Shown: in pieces, positions 52,357-61,414 of the stretch | How positions within the stretch are numbered: the first letter of the stretch is position 1 | How the letters are laid out: every line of letters starts with the position of its first letter | Source: an uncultured Methanosarcinaceae archaeon | Lineage (GTDB): Archaea; Halobacteriota; Methanosarcinia; Methanosarcinales; Methanosarcinaceae | Direction: 5' to 3' | NCBI GenBank assembly: GCA_963847185.1 | Contig: CAWJYV010000010.1 | Span: forward strand, 576,001-640,000 | DNA: 64,000 nucleotides | Position numbers and translations under genes: made by a program | Notes under the pieces: model-generated | The model's input: the letters and a program-made list of their open reading frames with translations, nothing else | Databases searched by the model: none | Told to the model about the DNA's origin: nothing

Positions 52357-53886
52357 GTAACTATTCAGGAGTCTTTTTAAGGTTCCACAATTTTTCCTCT
52401 TTCCGAGGAAAAATTGGATCTAAAATGACTTCTTATTTTGTATTATGAAGCGTGAAGAGATTCTATCACTGTGTACTTCAAATCCTGAATTTATTGTAAC
52501 TTACACTGAGAGCTTAGAATCTCAAATAAAAGAACTCACTGAAAGATTAATAGCCTTAGAATCTCGCTTAAATCAAAATAGCAGAAACAGTAGTAGACCT
52601 CCTTCTACTGATTTATTTGTCAAGGAGAAACCTAATCCCAAGAGTCTCCGTAAAAAGAGCGGTAAGAAACCTGGAGGTCAAGAGGGTCATCTAGGAACAA
52701 CTCTTGAAATGGTTGATGATCCTGATTAGGTAATAGAACTTTCTTTGAGTTGCTGCAAAGAATGTGGCCATACTCTTGAGAATGTTGAAGTTGAAGCTTA
52801 TAAGAAAAGACAGGTCTTTGATATTCCTCCTGTGAATCTGATTGTTACAGAACACAAAAGTCAGATTAAGACCTGTCCTTACTGTGGAAAAATAAATAAA
52901 GCTGTTTTTCCTGAATCAGTAAAATATCCAGTTCAGTATGGTCTAAATATTTTAGCTTCAGCTGTTTACTGTAAAAATCATCATTTTATCCCCTATGAAC
53001 GAATTTCTGAGTTTTTTGAAGATATTATGGGAATAAAAATCTGTCCTGCTACGATAATTAGAGCAGAAAAAAAATGTTCCCAGAATTTAGAGTGTTTTGA
53101 AAACATTATTCGAAAGAAATTAATGAATTCTCCTGTTGTTCATTTTGATGAAACTGGTATGAAGATCGAAGGAAAAAGACACTGGCTTCATGTAGCTTCT
53201 AATGATAAATACACCTGTTATTTTCCTCACTCAAAAAGAGGATCAGAGGCAATAAATGCTATGGGTATTCTTCCTGAGTTTGAGGGAGTAGCAGTTCATG
53301 ACGGATGGAAACCTTACAACGTTTATGACTGTGATCATGCTCTCTGTAATGCTCATTTACAGAGAGAACTTACTGGAATTGAAGAGAACTATAAACAGCA
53401 GTGGACTAAAGGAATGAATGAATTGTTCACTGAGATGAAAAAGTATACTGACGAATGCAAAGAGCAGGTCAAAGAACTGGATTTTGAGCAAATTAAATCA
53501 TTAGAAGAAAGGTTCGATGCTATTATCATGAAAGGAATTGAAGAAAATCCACAGTTTCTAAATCCTGAAAAGAAAGGAAAACGTGGAAAGAATCCAAAAA
53601 CCAAAGCAAGGAATCTGCTGGATAGGTTTATAGAACACAAAGAAAAGATCATGAGATTCCTGACAGATTTGAAAGTTCCGTTTGAGAACAATCAAGCAGA
53701 AAGAGATATCAGGATGATGAAACTACAGCAGAAAATATCAGGAACTTTCAGAACAGCACAGGGAGCGCAAGCTTTCTGCAGAAATAGAGCGTACATTTCT
53801 ACAATCAGGAAGAATGGGTTGCCTGTTTTAGAGAGTATTATAGCGGCGCTCAGGGGAGCGCCGTTAAATATACCCTGAATAGTTAC
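52357..53886 (+). mobile_element. IS66-family (single-ORF, ISBst12-like) insertion sequence, complete
   Basis: Terminal inverted repeats GTAACTATTCAGG / CCTGAATAGTTAC; 8-bp target duplication AAATTAAG at 52349-52356 and 53887-53894. Confidence 0.93.
52445..53878 (+). CDS. IS66 transposase with an in-frame TAG at 52727-52729
   Basis: NSRNSSRPPSTD, KPGGQEGH, CxxC zinc motifs, HFDETG, VHDG, CNAHLQRE, NNQAERDIR; the two track ORFs are in one frame across the TAG. Confidence 0.9.
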
Positions 53887-54288
53887 AAATTAAGATAATT
53901 AAGCAAAAAAAGGTCGTGGGGGTGAGTTACTGAAAATCAAGAGCCTCAAAATCTCTCCATATTTATTTTAAACATGGAGCATGTGCTCGTTTTTTCAGAT
54001 TTGATCAATGACTCACCCCACTACCCAAAAAAAGAGTTTATTAAAATAAGTGCAAGAGATGATATTTAAACGCACAAACTTTTACAGGTTATGAGTTTCA
54101 ATCCATTTTTAGTTGCTCCCCAATAAGAGAAGTAAGACCCCAAAAAGAGTAACTTCTGAGAGTTATTCCATTTATGAGATTTTGATTTATTCTGCTTTTG
54201 TCGCTGCATTGTCGCCTTTGGCATTGATTACTTTTAAATGCAGTATATTTTCACCCTTAGCGTACCTATATTCAGCTCTTTTGAGTTG

Positions 54289-54317
54289 AATTTCTGGGAG
54301 TGAAGTTCCCAGAAATT
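54289..54317 (-). terminator. Stem-loop downstream of the beta-helix/PKD gene
   Basis: AATTTCTGGGA-GTGAAGT-TCCCAGAAATT, an 11-bp perfect stem. Confidence 0.5.
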
Positions 54318-54342
54318 TGCAACTGACCTGTTGAGCTGTTAT

Positions 54343-56769
54343 TTATGTTATCCTTATATAGTTAGCTCTTGCCTTCGTCGTACTTCCTGCTGCATTACTT
54401 GCTGTAAGTGTCACTGTATAGACTCCTGCTTTCGAATAAGTATGCCTTGGGTTCTGGAGCGTTGAATATGTTCCATCTCCGAAATTCCATTTCCATGCAG
54501 TGGGTGATCCTGTACTTGCATCGGTGAAACCGATTATGAGAGGAGCCTTTCCTGAGAGTCTTGAACCCCAGAAGCTTACGACAGGTTTTTGTACAGATGA
54601 TATCACTTTTATATAATTAGATCTCGTCTTTGTTGCCGTTCCAGCTTCATTGCTTGCTGTAAGTGTTACCGTATAGTTTCCTGCTTTTGCATAGGTGTGC
54701 TTTGGTTTCTGGACTGTTGAATATGTTCCATCTCCAAAACTCCATTTCCATGCAGTTGGTGTGTTTGTACTTGCATCGGTAAATCCAAGAGTTAAAGGAG
54801 CTGTACCCGAGGTTCGTGATGCCCAGAAGCTTACAACGGGTTTTTGTGCAGGTGCAGCTGTTCTTACATTTATATAGCTGGCTTTTGTCATAGTATCACT
54901 TCCAGCTTTATTGCTTGCTGTAAGCGTTACTGTGTAAGTTCCATTTTGAACGTAAGTATGCACTGGATTCTGCTGGGTCGAGTAAGTTCCGTCTCCAAAA
55001 CTCCATTTCCACGAAGTTAGCGAGCCGGTACTCTTGTCAGAAAAGTTTACTGTTAGAGGTGCGTATCCTGAAGCTGGGGATGCCAAAAAAGCAGCAACAG
55101 GAATTTTTGATACCTGAGTTTCTAATATTTGGTTTCCACTAATTGCAGCGTTTTGAACATTTTTGGTTGTGATTCCGGAAGAAGAATTCGATGTATTCAC
55201 ATTTATCAATATATTATTTTGTATTTTCACAGCGCCATTTGTGAAGGAATTTCCGTCTATATATATTCCGTCTCGTTTTATATCTTTAAAAGTATTATCT
55301 GAGATGTTTAGGTTTACTCCGTTTATTAGAAACTTCTGATATACTCCTTGATGAGAAAGATTGCTAAAAGTGTTTTTACATATTAATATATTCCTGACAC
55401 TTCCATAAAATGGGAAAACAACTCCATGCATTCCATTGTTCTGAGTATTATTTCTAATTATGAGTGTATCATCGGTTCCGTTTCCTCCCTCATACATATT
55501 ACCTGATATGCCATTAAATGTGTTGTTTTCGTAAATGTGCACTCCGTCATTTACGGCGCCGCGTTTAAATATCCCTCCAAATCCGCCAAAAACTTCATTG
55601 TTAGAAAAAACGGACTGCTGGGTACCATCTGAAAATGCAAAATAGTATGGTAGCTCCTGTATGTACCTATAATCGTAAAATGCATAATAATTCGGTGTAT
55701 CCGATGATATTTGAGGGTATATCTTATTTCCAGTTACTACAAAATCAATAGTATCAGCGTGAGCATCAACAACATTAGAGCCTGTGATATTTGCCCCTAT
55801 AAGAGTGTTATCAACAATGAAAATGTCTCGATTTAAAGATTTGAGTTCAGCAGAATTGGCTGTTATGGCATGCCTGCAATTCTCTATGTGATTATTTTCG
55901 ATATTAATAAAAGCCGAGCCACTAGCTGCATTTATACCATATCCACACCCTGGATGAAGTGAATTGTAAATCTCATTATTATTAATACTAACATTAAAAC
56001 AGGAATACAGACAAATAGCACCAAATCCACTATCTTTAAACCAGGAATCAGTGACAGAACTGTCCTTGCAGTATTGCAAAACCAGTCCATGATGAAGCAT
56101 TGTCTCGCCTGTGTCCTCTATCCTTATATTTTCTACATGTACTTGAACAGGCCTATAAACTTCGATCTGTACACTCTCGGACAGGTTGTAGTTTCTAAGA
56201 AGTCCTTGATTTAAAGTGACGATATTTCCATTTACACTTTTAACAGCATAAATTTCCCCTGTCATTTGATCAGGATAATTATCAGGATAATCTAGAGGAC
56301 ACCACTGAACATTTTTCCAAATCTTAATCAAGTCGTTCTGGCGAATCTGAGACGCGTTAGTTAAAACAATCTGAGATGAACTCTTATTAGCGTCAGCATA
56401 TAGATTTTTGTTTGTGATTAATGATCCACCAAAATATAGCTCGTTATATTCTTTCTCAGAAGTTTGAATGTTGAGAGTTACTTTTCCCTCGCCTATTATA
56501 TTCAGATTTTTATTTTTTTGATAGATTCCTCTTGTGATATAATAGTCTCCTTCATGAATAATTATTGTATCCCCGCTTTTTGAGTTATCTAGAGCTGCCT
56601 GAATGCAAGCAGCATCATTTGCATAATCAGGTGTATGAAAAAGACCTGGTCCAGCTGGTCCAGCCTGTTTGTCAATTACGATATTTGCCGCCGAAGCTGC
56701 AGGGATACTTAACCCAATATAAAAAAAAGTAAAAGTAAATATTATCATAAGAGCTTTTAAATTCTTCAT
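54343..56769 (-). CDS. Secreted right-handed beta-helix (pectin lyase-like) protein with 3 PKD domains
   Basis: Signal peptide; DAACIQAALD..GDTIIIHEGDY; Asn-ladder repeats; 3x W.W.FGDG...NP.HTY...YTVTLT. Confidence 0.85.
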   Translation of the reverse strand: MKNLKALMIIFTFTFFYIGLSIPAASAANIVIDKQAGPAGPGLFHTPDYANDAACIQAALDNSKSGDTIIIHEGDYYITRGIYQKNKNLNIIGEGKVTLNIQTSEKEYNELYFGGSLITNKNLYADANKSSSQIVLTNASQIRQNDLIKIWKNVQWCPLDYPDNYPDQMTGEIYAVKSVNGNIVTLNQGLLRNYNLSESVQIEVYRPVQVHVENIRIEDTGETMLHHGLVLQYCKDSSVTDSWFKDSGFGAICLYSCFNVSINNNEIYNSLHPGCGYGINAASGSAFINIENNHIENCRHAITANSAELKSLNRDIFIVDNTLIGANITGSNVVDAHADTIDFVVTGNKIYPQISSDTPNYYAFYDYRYIQELPYYFAFSDGTQQSVFSNNEVFGGFGGIFKRGAVNDGVHIYENNTFNGISGNMYEGGNGTDDTLIIRNNTQNNGMHGVVFPFYGSVRNILICKNTFSNLSHQGVYQKFLINGVNLNISDNTFKDIKRDGIYIDGNSFTNGAVKIQNNILINVNTSNSSSGITTKNVQNAAISGNQILETQVSKIPVAAFLASPASGYAPLTVNFSDKSTGSLTSWKWSFGDGTYSTQQNPVHTYVQNGTYTVTLTASNKAGSDTMTKASYINVRTAAPAQKPVVSFWASRTSGTAPLTLGFTDASTNTPTAWKWSFGDGTYSTVQKPKHTYAKAGNYTVTLTASNEAGTATKTRSNYIKVISSVQKPVVSFWGSRLSGKAPLIIGFTDASTGSPTAWKWNFGDGTYSTLQNPRHTYSKAGVYTVTLTASNAAGSTTKARANYIRIT

Positions 56770-57017
56770 TCAAAGTCACTCCTAAACCCATTTAGCTTAG
56801 ATCCTTTCCGAAAAGTGTTATGATACATAAATTTTGCAATTGGAATATTCAAAATGGGGATGGGCACTTAATATCAAAGGCCTGTTGTAACTTTATTATG
56901 CCGTTATTGACTTTTCGAAAGGCTCTAAGAGAATTCCAATAAACTAATTTAAAGAACTTTACGTTTCCAGCTTAATTAAGCCCCCAGAAATTTGCAACTG
57001 ACCTGTTGAGCTGTTAT

Positions 57018-59177
57018 TTATATTATCCTTATATAGTTGGCTCTTGCCTTCGTCGTACTTCCTGCTGCATTACTTGCTGTAAGTGTCACTGTATAGACTC
57101 CTGCTTTTGAATAAGTATGCCTTGGGTTCTGGAGCGTTGAATATGTTCCATCTCCAAAACTCCATTTCCATGCAGTGGGCGATCCTGTACTTGCATCGGT
57201 GAAACCGATTGTCAGAGGAGCCTTTCCTGAGAGTCTTGAACCCCAGAAGCTTACAACAGGTTTTTGTACAGTTTCTGTCAATTTTATATAATTGGCTCTT
57301 GTCTTCGTTCCCGCTCCAGCTTCATTGCTTGCTGTAAGTGCTACCGTATAGTTTCCTGCTTTTGAGTAAGTATGTCTCGGGTTCTGGAGCGTTGAATATG
57401 TTCCATCTCCAAAGCTCCATTTCCATGCAGTTGGTGTGTTTGTACTTGCATCGGTAAATCCAAGAGTTAAAGGAGCTGTACCCGAGGTTCGTGATGCCCA
57501 GAAGCTTACAACAGGTTTTTGTGCAGATGCAGCTGTTCTTACATTTATATAGCTGGCTTTTGTCATAGTATCACTTCCAGCTTTATTACTTGCTGTAAGC
57601 GTTACTGTGTAAGTTCCATTTTGAACGTAAGTATGTACTGGATTCTGCTGGGTCGAGTAAGTTCCGTCTCCGAAACTCCATTTCCATTCAGTTGCATTCC
57701 TTGATAAGTCTGTAAACTTGACTAAAAGGGGAGCAGGACCAAGGGTTACATTGCTAGTGAAATTCGCTATAGGAAGTATATTCTCTGAGCCGCTGAATAC
57801 AGCTTTATATGCATCAATTCGACCCGCACCGTAGATATTATCTTTTCCTGCCTGCCCAAGATCCACAGCCGTATTTTCTAAAATTTCATTTATTTGAGAT
57901 GGTTTCAGAGCAGGGTTTTTCTCCAGCATTAATGCCACAGTGCCAGAGACATGAGGTGTAGCCATCGAGGTTCCGTTCTTGGACGCATACCCGCCACCAG
58001 GCATCGTTGAAATGACATTTACACCTGGAGCAGAAACGTTTGGTTTAATATACGTTTTCCCGTTAAGAGTGACAGGCCCGCGGCTGCTAAAAGATGCTAT
58101 AATATCAAAAGAATCAGTTGCACCTACAGTTGTAGAATTGATTTCGTCACCAGGGCAAATTGTTGTATTGGAATTCGGTCCGGTATTGCCTGCAGCTATT
58201 ACAGGAATTACACCTGCTGCCATGACATTGTCAACTGCAATAGCTAATGCATCAGAATGAGTCTTCCCATTACTGTAACTTATAATACGGGCATTATTAC
58301 TGACTGCCCAATCAAAGGCAAGAAGAACATGAGACATGTTTCCGAAACCATATGAGAATACTTTTGCTACAATCAGCTTTGTGCCTGGAGCAACTCCGGT
58401 TTGGTAACCGTTAACTCCGATTCCCGAAATGGTTCCGCATACATGAGTGCCATGCCCTCTATCATCATAAGGAGAGCTTCTCCCATTTACAAAATCAATC
58501 CAACCGATAATCTTAGAATCATTTGAATTCGGAAGATGGGCAAGATCGGGATGTGTTGCATCAACTCCGGAATCCAAAACAGCTACGATTATTCCTTTTC
58601 CGGTTATACCTCTTTGCCATACTGCCGGAGCATTAATTTTGTCCAAGCTCCATACGACACTCGATGAATTATTTTCCGGCTTGTAGGTTGATAATACTTC
58701 TGTGTCGGGTACGCTATTATCTTCTACATAAACAACATCATCAAATTCAATTTTAGAAACGTCGGATCTATTGGCAAGAGAAGTTATTATATCCGGAGTT
58801 ATTTCAGCAGCAATGGCATTAGCAACATTGATAGAATTTATATCTAGTGCTTTACCATCTGCTGTTGCATCGTCAAGAATCTGTAAGATTTCTTTTTGTT
58901 CACTTTCGATTTTTGATTTTCCACTAAGAGTATTAAAATCGCTATGCCGATTTTTCAATAAAATAATTACCTTGATTTTTTCAGTCACTGAGGTTTCAGC
59001 AATCTTTGAAGCCAAGATTGGTGATATTTTTTCGTCTGTGTTCATTTTATCCGGTACTTTTATATCATCAGCTGACGCCGGTAACACAAACAATGATACT
59101 AATAATATTAGCGCACAGCTTATGCTTAGTAATCCTTGCATTATCTTTTTTAAGAGTATACAGGTATTTTTTTGCAT
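57018..59177 (-). CDS. Secreted S8 subtilisin-like serine protease with propeptide and 3 PKD domains
   Basis: VAVLDSG, HGTHVCG, AAGN, GTSMATPHV catalytic motifs. Confidence 0.93.
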   Translation of the reverse strand: MQKNTCILLKKIMQGLLSISCALILLVSLFVLPASADDIKVPDKMNTDEKISPILASKIAETSVTEKIKVIILLKNRHSDFNTLSGKSKIESEQKEILQILDDATADGKALDINSINVANAIAAEITPDIITSLANRSDVSKIEFDDVVYVEDNSVPDTEVLSTYKPENNSSSVVWSLDKINAPAVWQRGITGKGIIVAVLDSGVDATHPDLAHLPNSNDSKIIGWIDFVNGRSSPYDDRGHGTHVCGTISGIGVNGYQTGVAPGTKLIVAKVFSYGFGNMSHVLLAFDWAVSNNARIISYSNGKTHSDALAIAVDNVMAAGVIPVIAAGNTGPNSNTTICPGDEINSTTVGATDSFDIIASFSSRGPVTLNGKTYIKPNVSAPGVNVISTMPGGGYASKNGTSMATPHVSGTVALMLEKNPALKPSQINEILENTAVDLGQAGKDNIYGAGRIDAYKAVFSGSENILPIANFTSNVTLGPAPLLVKFTDLSRNATEWKWSFGDGTYSTQQNPVHTYVQNGTYTVTLTASNKAGSDTMTKASYINVRTAASAQKPVVSFWASRTSGTAPLTLGFTDASTNTPTAWKWSFGDGTYSTLQNPRHTYSKAGNYTVALTASNEAGAGTKTRANYIKLTETVQKPVVSFWGSRLSGKAPLTIGFTDASTGSPTAWKWSFGDGTYSTLQNPRHTYSKAGVYTVTLTASNAAGSTTKARANYIRII

Positions 59178-59364
59178 ATTTGATCAACCCATTTCAATAT
59201 TTTCTTCCTGTGTGATACATACTAAATATATTTACAATGAAATTAACTTTACTGTTTTTTTTGAAGTCTTAAAATTTAGGCTTTTCATGTGACTAATGTA
59301 ATGAAGATAGTCAGGAAGCAGATAGAAAAAAGAAAAAATTTCCTAAAGGAGAAAGACTAGAATA

Positions 59365-59439
59365 ACATTTGAAATCAAAGAATAGTAGCACATTTGAAAT
59401 CAAAGAATAGTAGCACATTTGAAATCAAAGAATAGTAGC
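59365..59439. repeat. 25-bp perfect tandem repeat x3
   Basis: ACATTTGAAATCAAAGAATAGTAGC three times, with no spacers. Confidence 0.9.
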
Positions 59440-59452
59440 TTTAAAGATAGTA

Positions 59453-59506
59453 TGTGAGGGATGGGGGTCGAATGCACGACTACCTTCATAATAAGATCTT
59501 AAGTTC
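59453..59506 (-). pseudogene. Degenerate tRNA-Leu(TAA)-like 3' half
   Basis: The + strand TGTGAGGGATGGGGGTCGAATGCACG...GATCTTAAGTTC resembles the reverse complement of an archaeal tRNA-Leu acceptor stem, T arm, variable arm and anticodon. Confidence 0.5.
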
Positions 59507-59590
59507 AAGCTTTAGATGTTCACTGAAATAGCTCAAAAAGATGCAAAAAGGGTAGAATTTAAGCAAAAACAAGAATTAATTAAAAATTAG

Positions 59591-59638
59591 TGCGAGATGC
59601 GAGATTTGAACTCATGAAATCCTACGAAACTGGGATTC
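59591..59638 (-). pseudogene. Second degenerate tRNA-Leu-like 3' fragment
   Basis: TGCGAGATGCGAGATTTGAACTCATGAAATCCTACGAAACTGGG retains TGCGAG, GATTxGAAC and the CCTACG variable arm. Confidence 0.55.
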
Positions 59639-60290
59639 TGAAAAACATATAGATCCTTAGCTCATTCAAGCCCTTTTAAAGTGTGTATATTTCTTGGGGG
59701 TTGATTCGCAACTCTTCCCGATCTTTTTCTAATTCTGAATGTGTAAAAAATAAACTCATAGCATACTACATTTTAACTGCAGGCAGAAATACAAAAACTA
59801 ATTATATATATTTTTATGCATATTATTAATAGGGGATTAGAATCCAAAAAAACAGATATCTATGGCATTAAAACTAATCGTTGGCCATAATATGATTTTA
59901 AAAATTTTGCTAATAAAGCAAATAATTGAGTAAGTGCCATTAGATGGAGAATCTGTGTTTTTTCTTGTTCTTAACATTAGCAGGTTCGAAGTAAGATTAC
60001 CAATTGAGTAAAGGAGAGTACTCTGGTAAACTAATGTATCCAAGCAAGAACCTCTTCGAGGGCTTTCATACATGGTACACGTATTGCCCCGTCTATAACA
60101 CGCGGGCAATGTTGAAGGCGAACTGGGCGGGATCGAAGAGGAATTCAAATATGGACGCGAAGTTCGACTACCACGGTAGTCACCGGCTGTGCCGGTGCCA
60201 TGAGCCATTACTCAAACATACCTAAATAAATTTTGAAAGTTTGACAGAGCTTGAACATTCAATACAAGGAATAATACAAGGAGTCAAACT

Positions 60291-61334
60291 ATGGAAACCA
60301 GAATTGAAGATATGGAAACCAGAATTGAAGAATTGCTGGACATCATGAGGGTCCCGCCCGGCAAGAAGATCGATCTGAAGAAGGATTACGATCCGGGCTT
60401 TACCGGCAAATGGGTAAAGAAGGAAGATGCTGAAGAAACCCTGGCCAAAGGCATCCAGCTGCTGGCCGAGATGCAAGACAAGCTCTGGGCTCAGAACCAA
60501 TACGCTCTGCTCATGGTCCTTCAGGCCCTCGATGCAGCCGGCAAGGATGGAGCTATCAAGCATGTCATGTCTGGCGTCAACCCCCAGGGGGTCGATGTCC
60601 ACAGCTTCAAGGGGCCTTCCAGCGAGGAACTGGATCACGATTATCTGTGGCGCAATTTCAAGGCCCTGCCTTCTCGCGGCCGCATCGGGATTTTCAATCG
60701 TTCTTATTATGAAGAAGTCCTGGTCGTGCGCGTACATCCCGAGTTCCTCTCCAGCCAGCAACTTCCGCCCGCGCTGAAGGACAAGCGTATTTGGAGGCGA
60801 CGCTTCGAAGAGATCAACAATTTCGAGAAGTATCTGGTTAATAACGGCATCATTATCGTCAAGATCTTCCTGTACGTGTCCAAAGATATCCAGAAGGAGC
60901 GTTTCCTGGAGAGGGCGATGATGCCGGAAAAGAACTGGAAATTTTCCGTAGCTGACATAAAAGAGCGGGCCTATTGGGACGATTATATCGCCGCCTACGA
61001 AGACATGTTCAACCATACAAGTACTGAATGGGCACCCTGGTACATAGTGCCGGCCGATCACAAGTGGTTCACGCGGCTGGCCGTGGCAGCTGTGCTCTAC
61101 AACACGATGAAGAACCTCAACCTGGCTTATCCTACCGTTAGCGAGCAGCAGAAACAATCTTTGCTTCTGGCTAAAGAAGAGCTCGAGAGCGAGGACAGTG
61201 ATCTGAAGGATAAAGCCGTCGTAAAGGCCAAAGCGAAGGCAGCCACCGATCCACAAGCTCCAGCTGCAAGTAGCACGGTAACAAAGGAAGAAGCGAAAAA
61301 GAGAGGCAGGAAGAAAGGCAAGAAAAACAAGTAA
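60291..61334 (+). CDS. ppk2: Polyphosphate kinase 2 family protein
   Basis: LQALDAAGKDG, VNPQG, FKGPS.EEL.HDYLWR, FNRSYYEEVL, KNWKFS..D, APWYIVPAD.KW; Lys-rich tail; 21-bp duplicated start (METRIED-METRIEE). Confidence 0.92.
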   Translation: METRIEDMETRIEELLDIMRVPPGKKIDLKKDYDPGFTGKWVKKEDAEETLAKGIQLLAEMQDKLWAQNQYALLMVLQALDAAGKDGAIKHVMSGVNPQGVDVHSFKGPSSEELDHDYLWRNFKALPSRGRIGIFNRSYYEEVLVVRVHPEFLSSQQLPPALKDKRIWRRRFEEINNFEKYLVNNGIIIVKIFLYVSKDIQKERFLERAMMPEKNWKFSVADIKERAYWDDYIAAYEDMFNHTSTEWAPWYIVPADHKWFTRLAVAAVLYNTMKNLNLAYPTVSEQQKQSLLLAKEELESEDSDLKDKAVVKAKAKAATDPQAPAASSTVTKEEAKKRGRKKGKKNK

Positions 61335-61414
61335 AGTCACGCCGGGGAAAACAGGACTACTCGCAACCAGAGGTATCAAAGCCTCCAAATTTTTCGAACT
61401 CGAGGAGATGAAAC

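Noticed and set aside
59365-59439. CRISPR array (the repeat contains an ATTTGAAA-like motif)
   Set aside because: The units are contiguous with no spacers, and there are no cas genes in the window.
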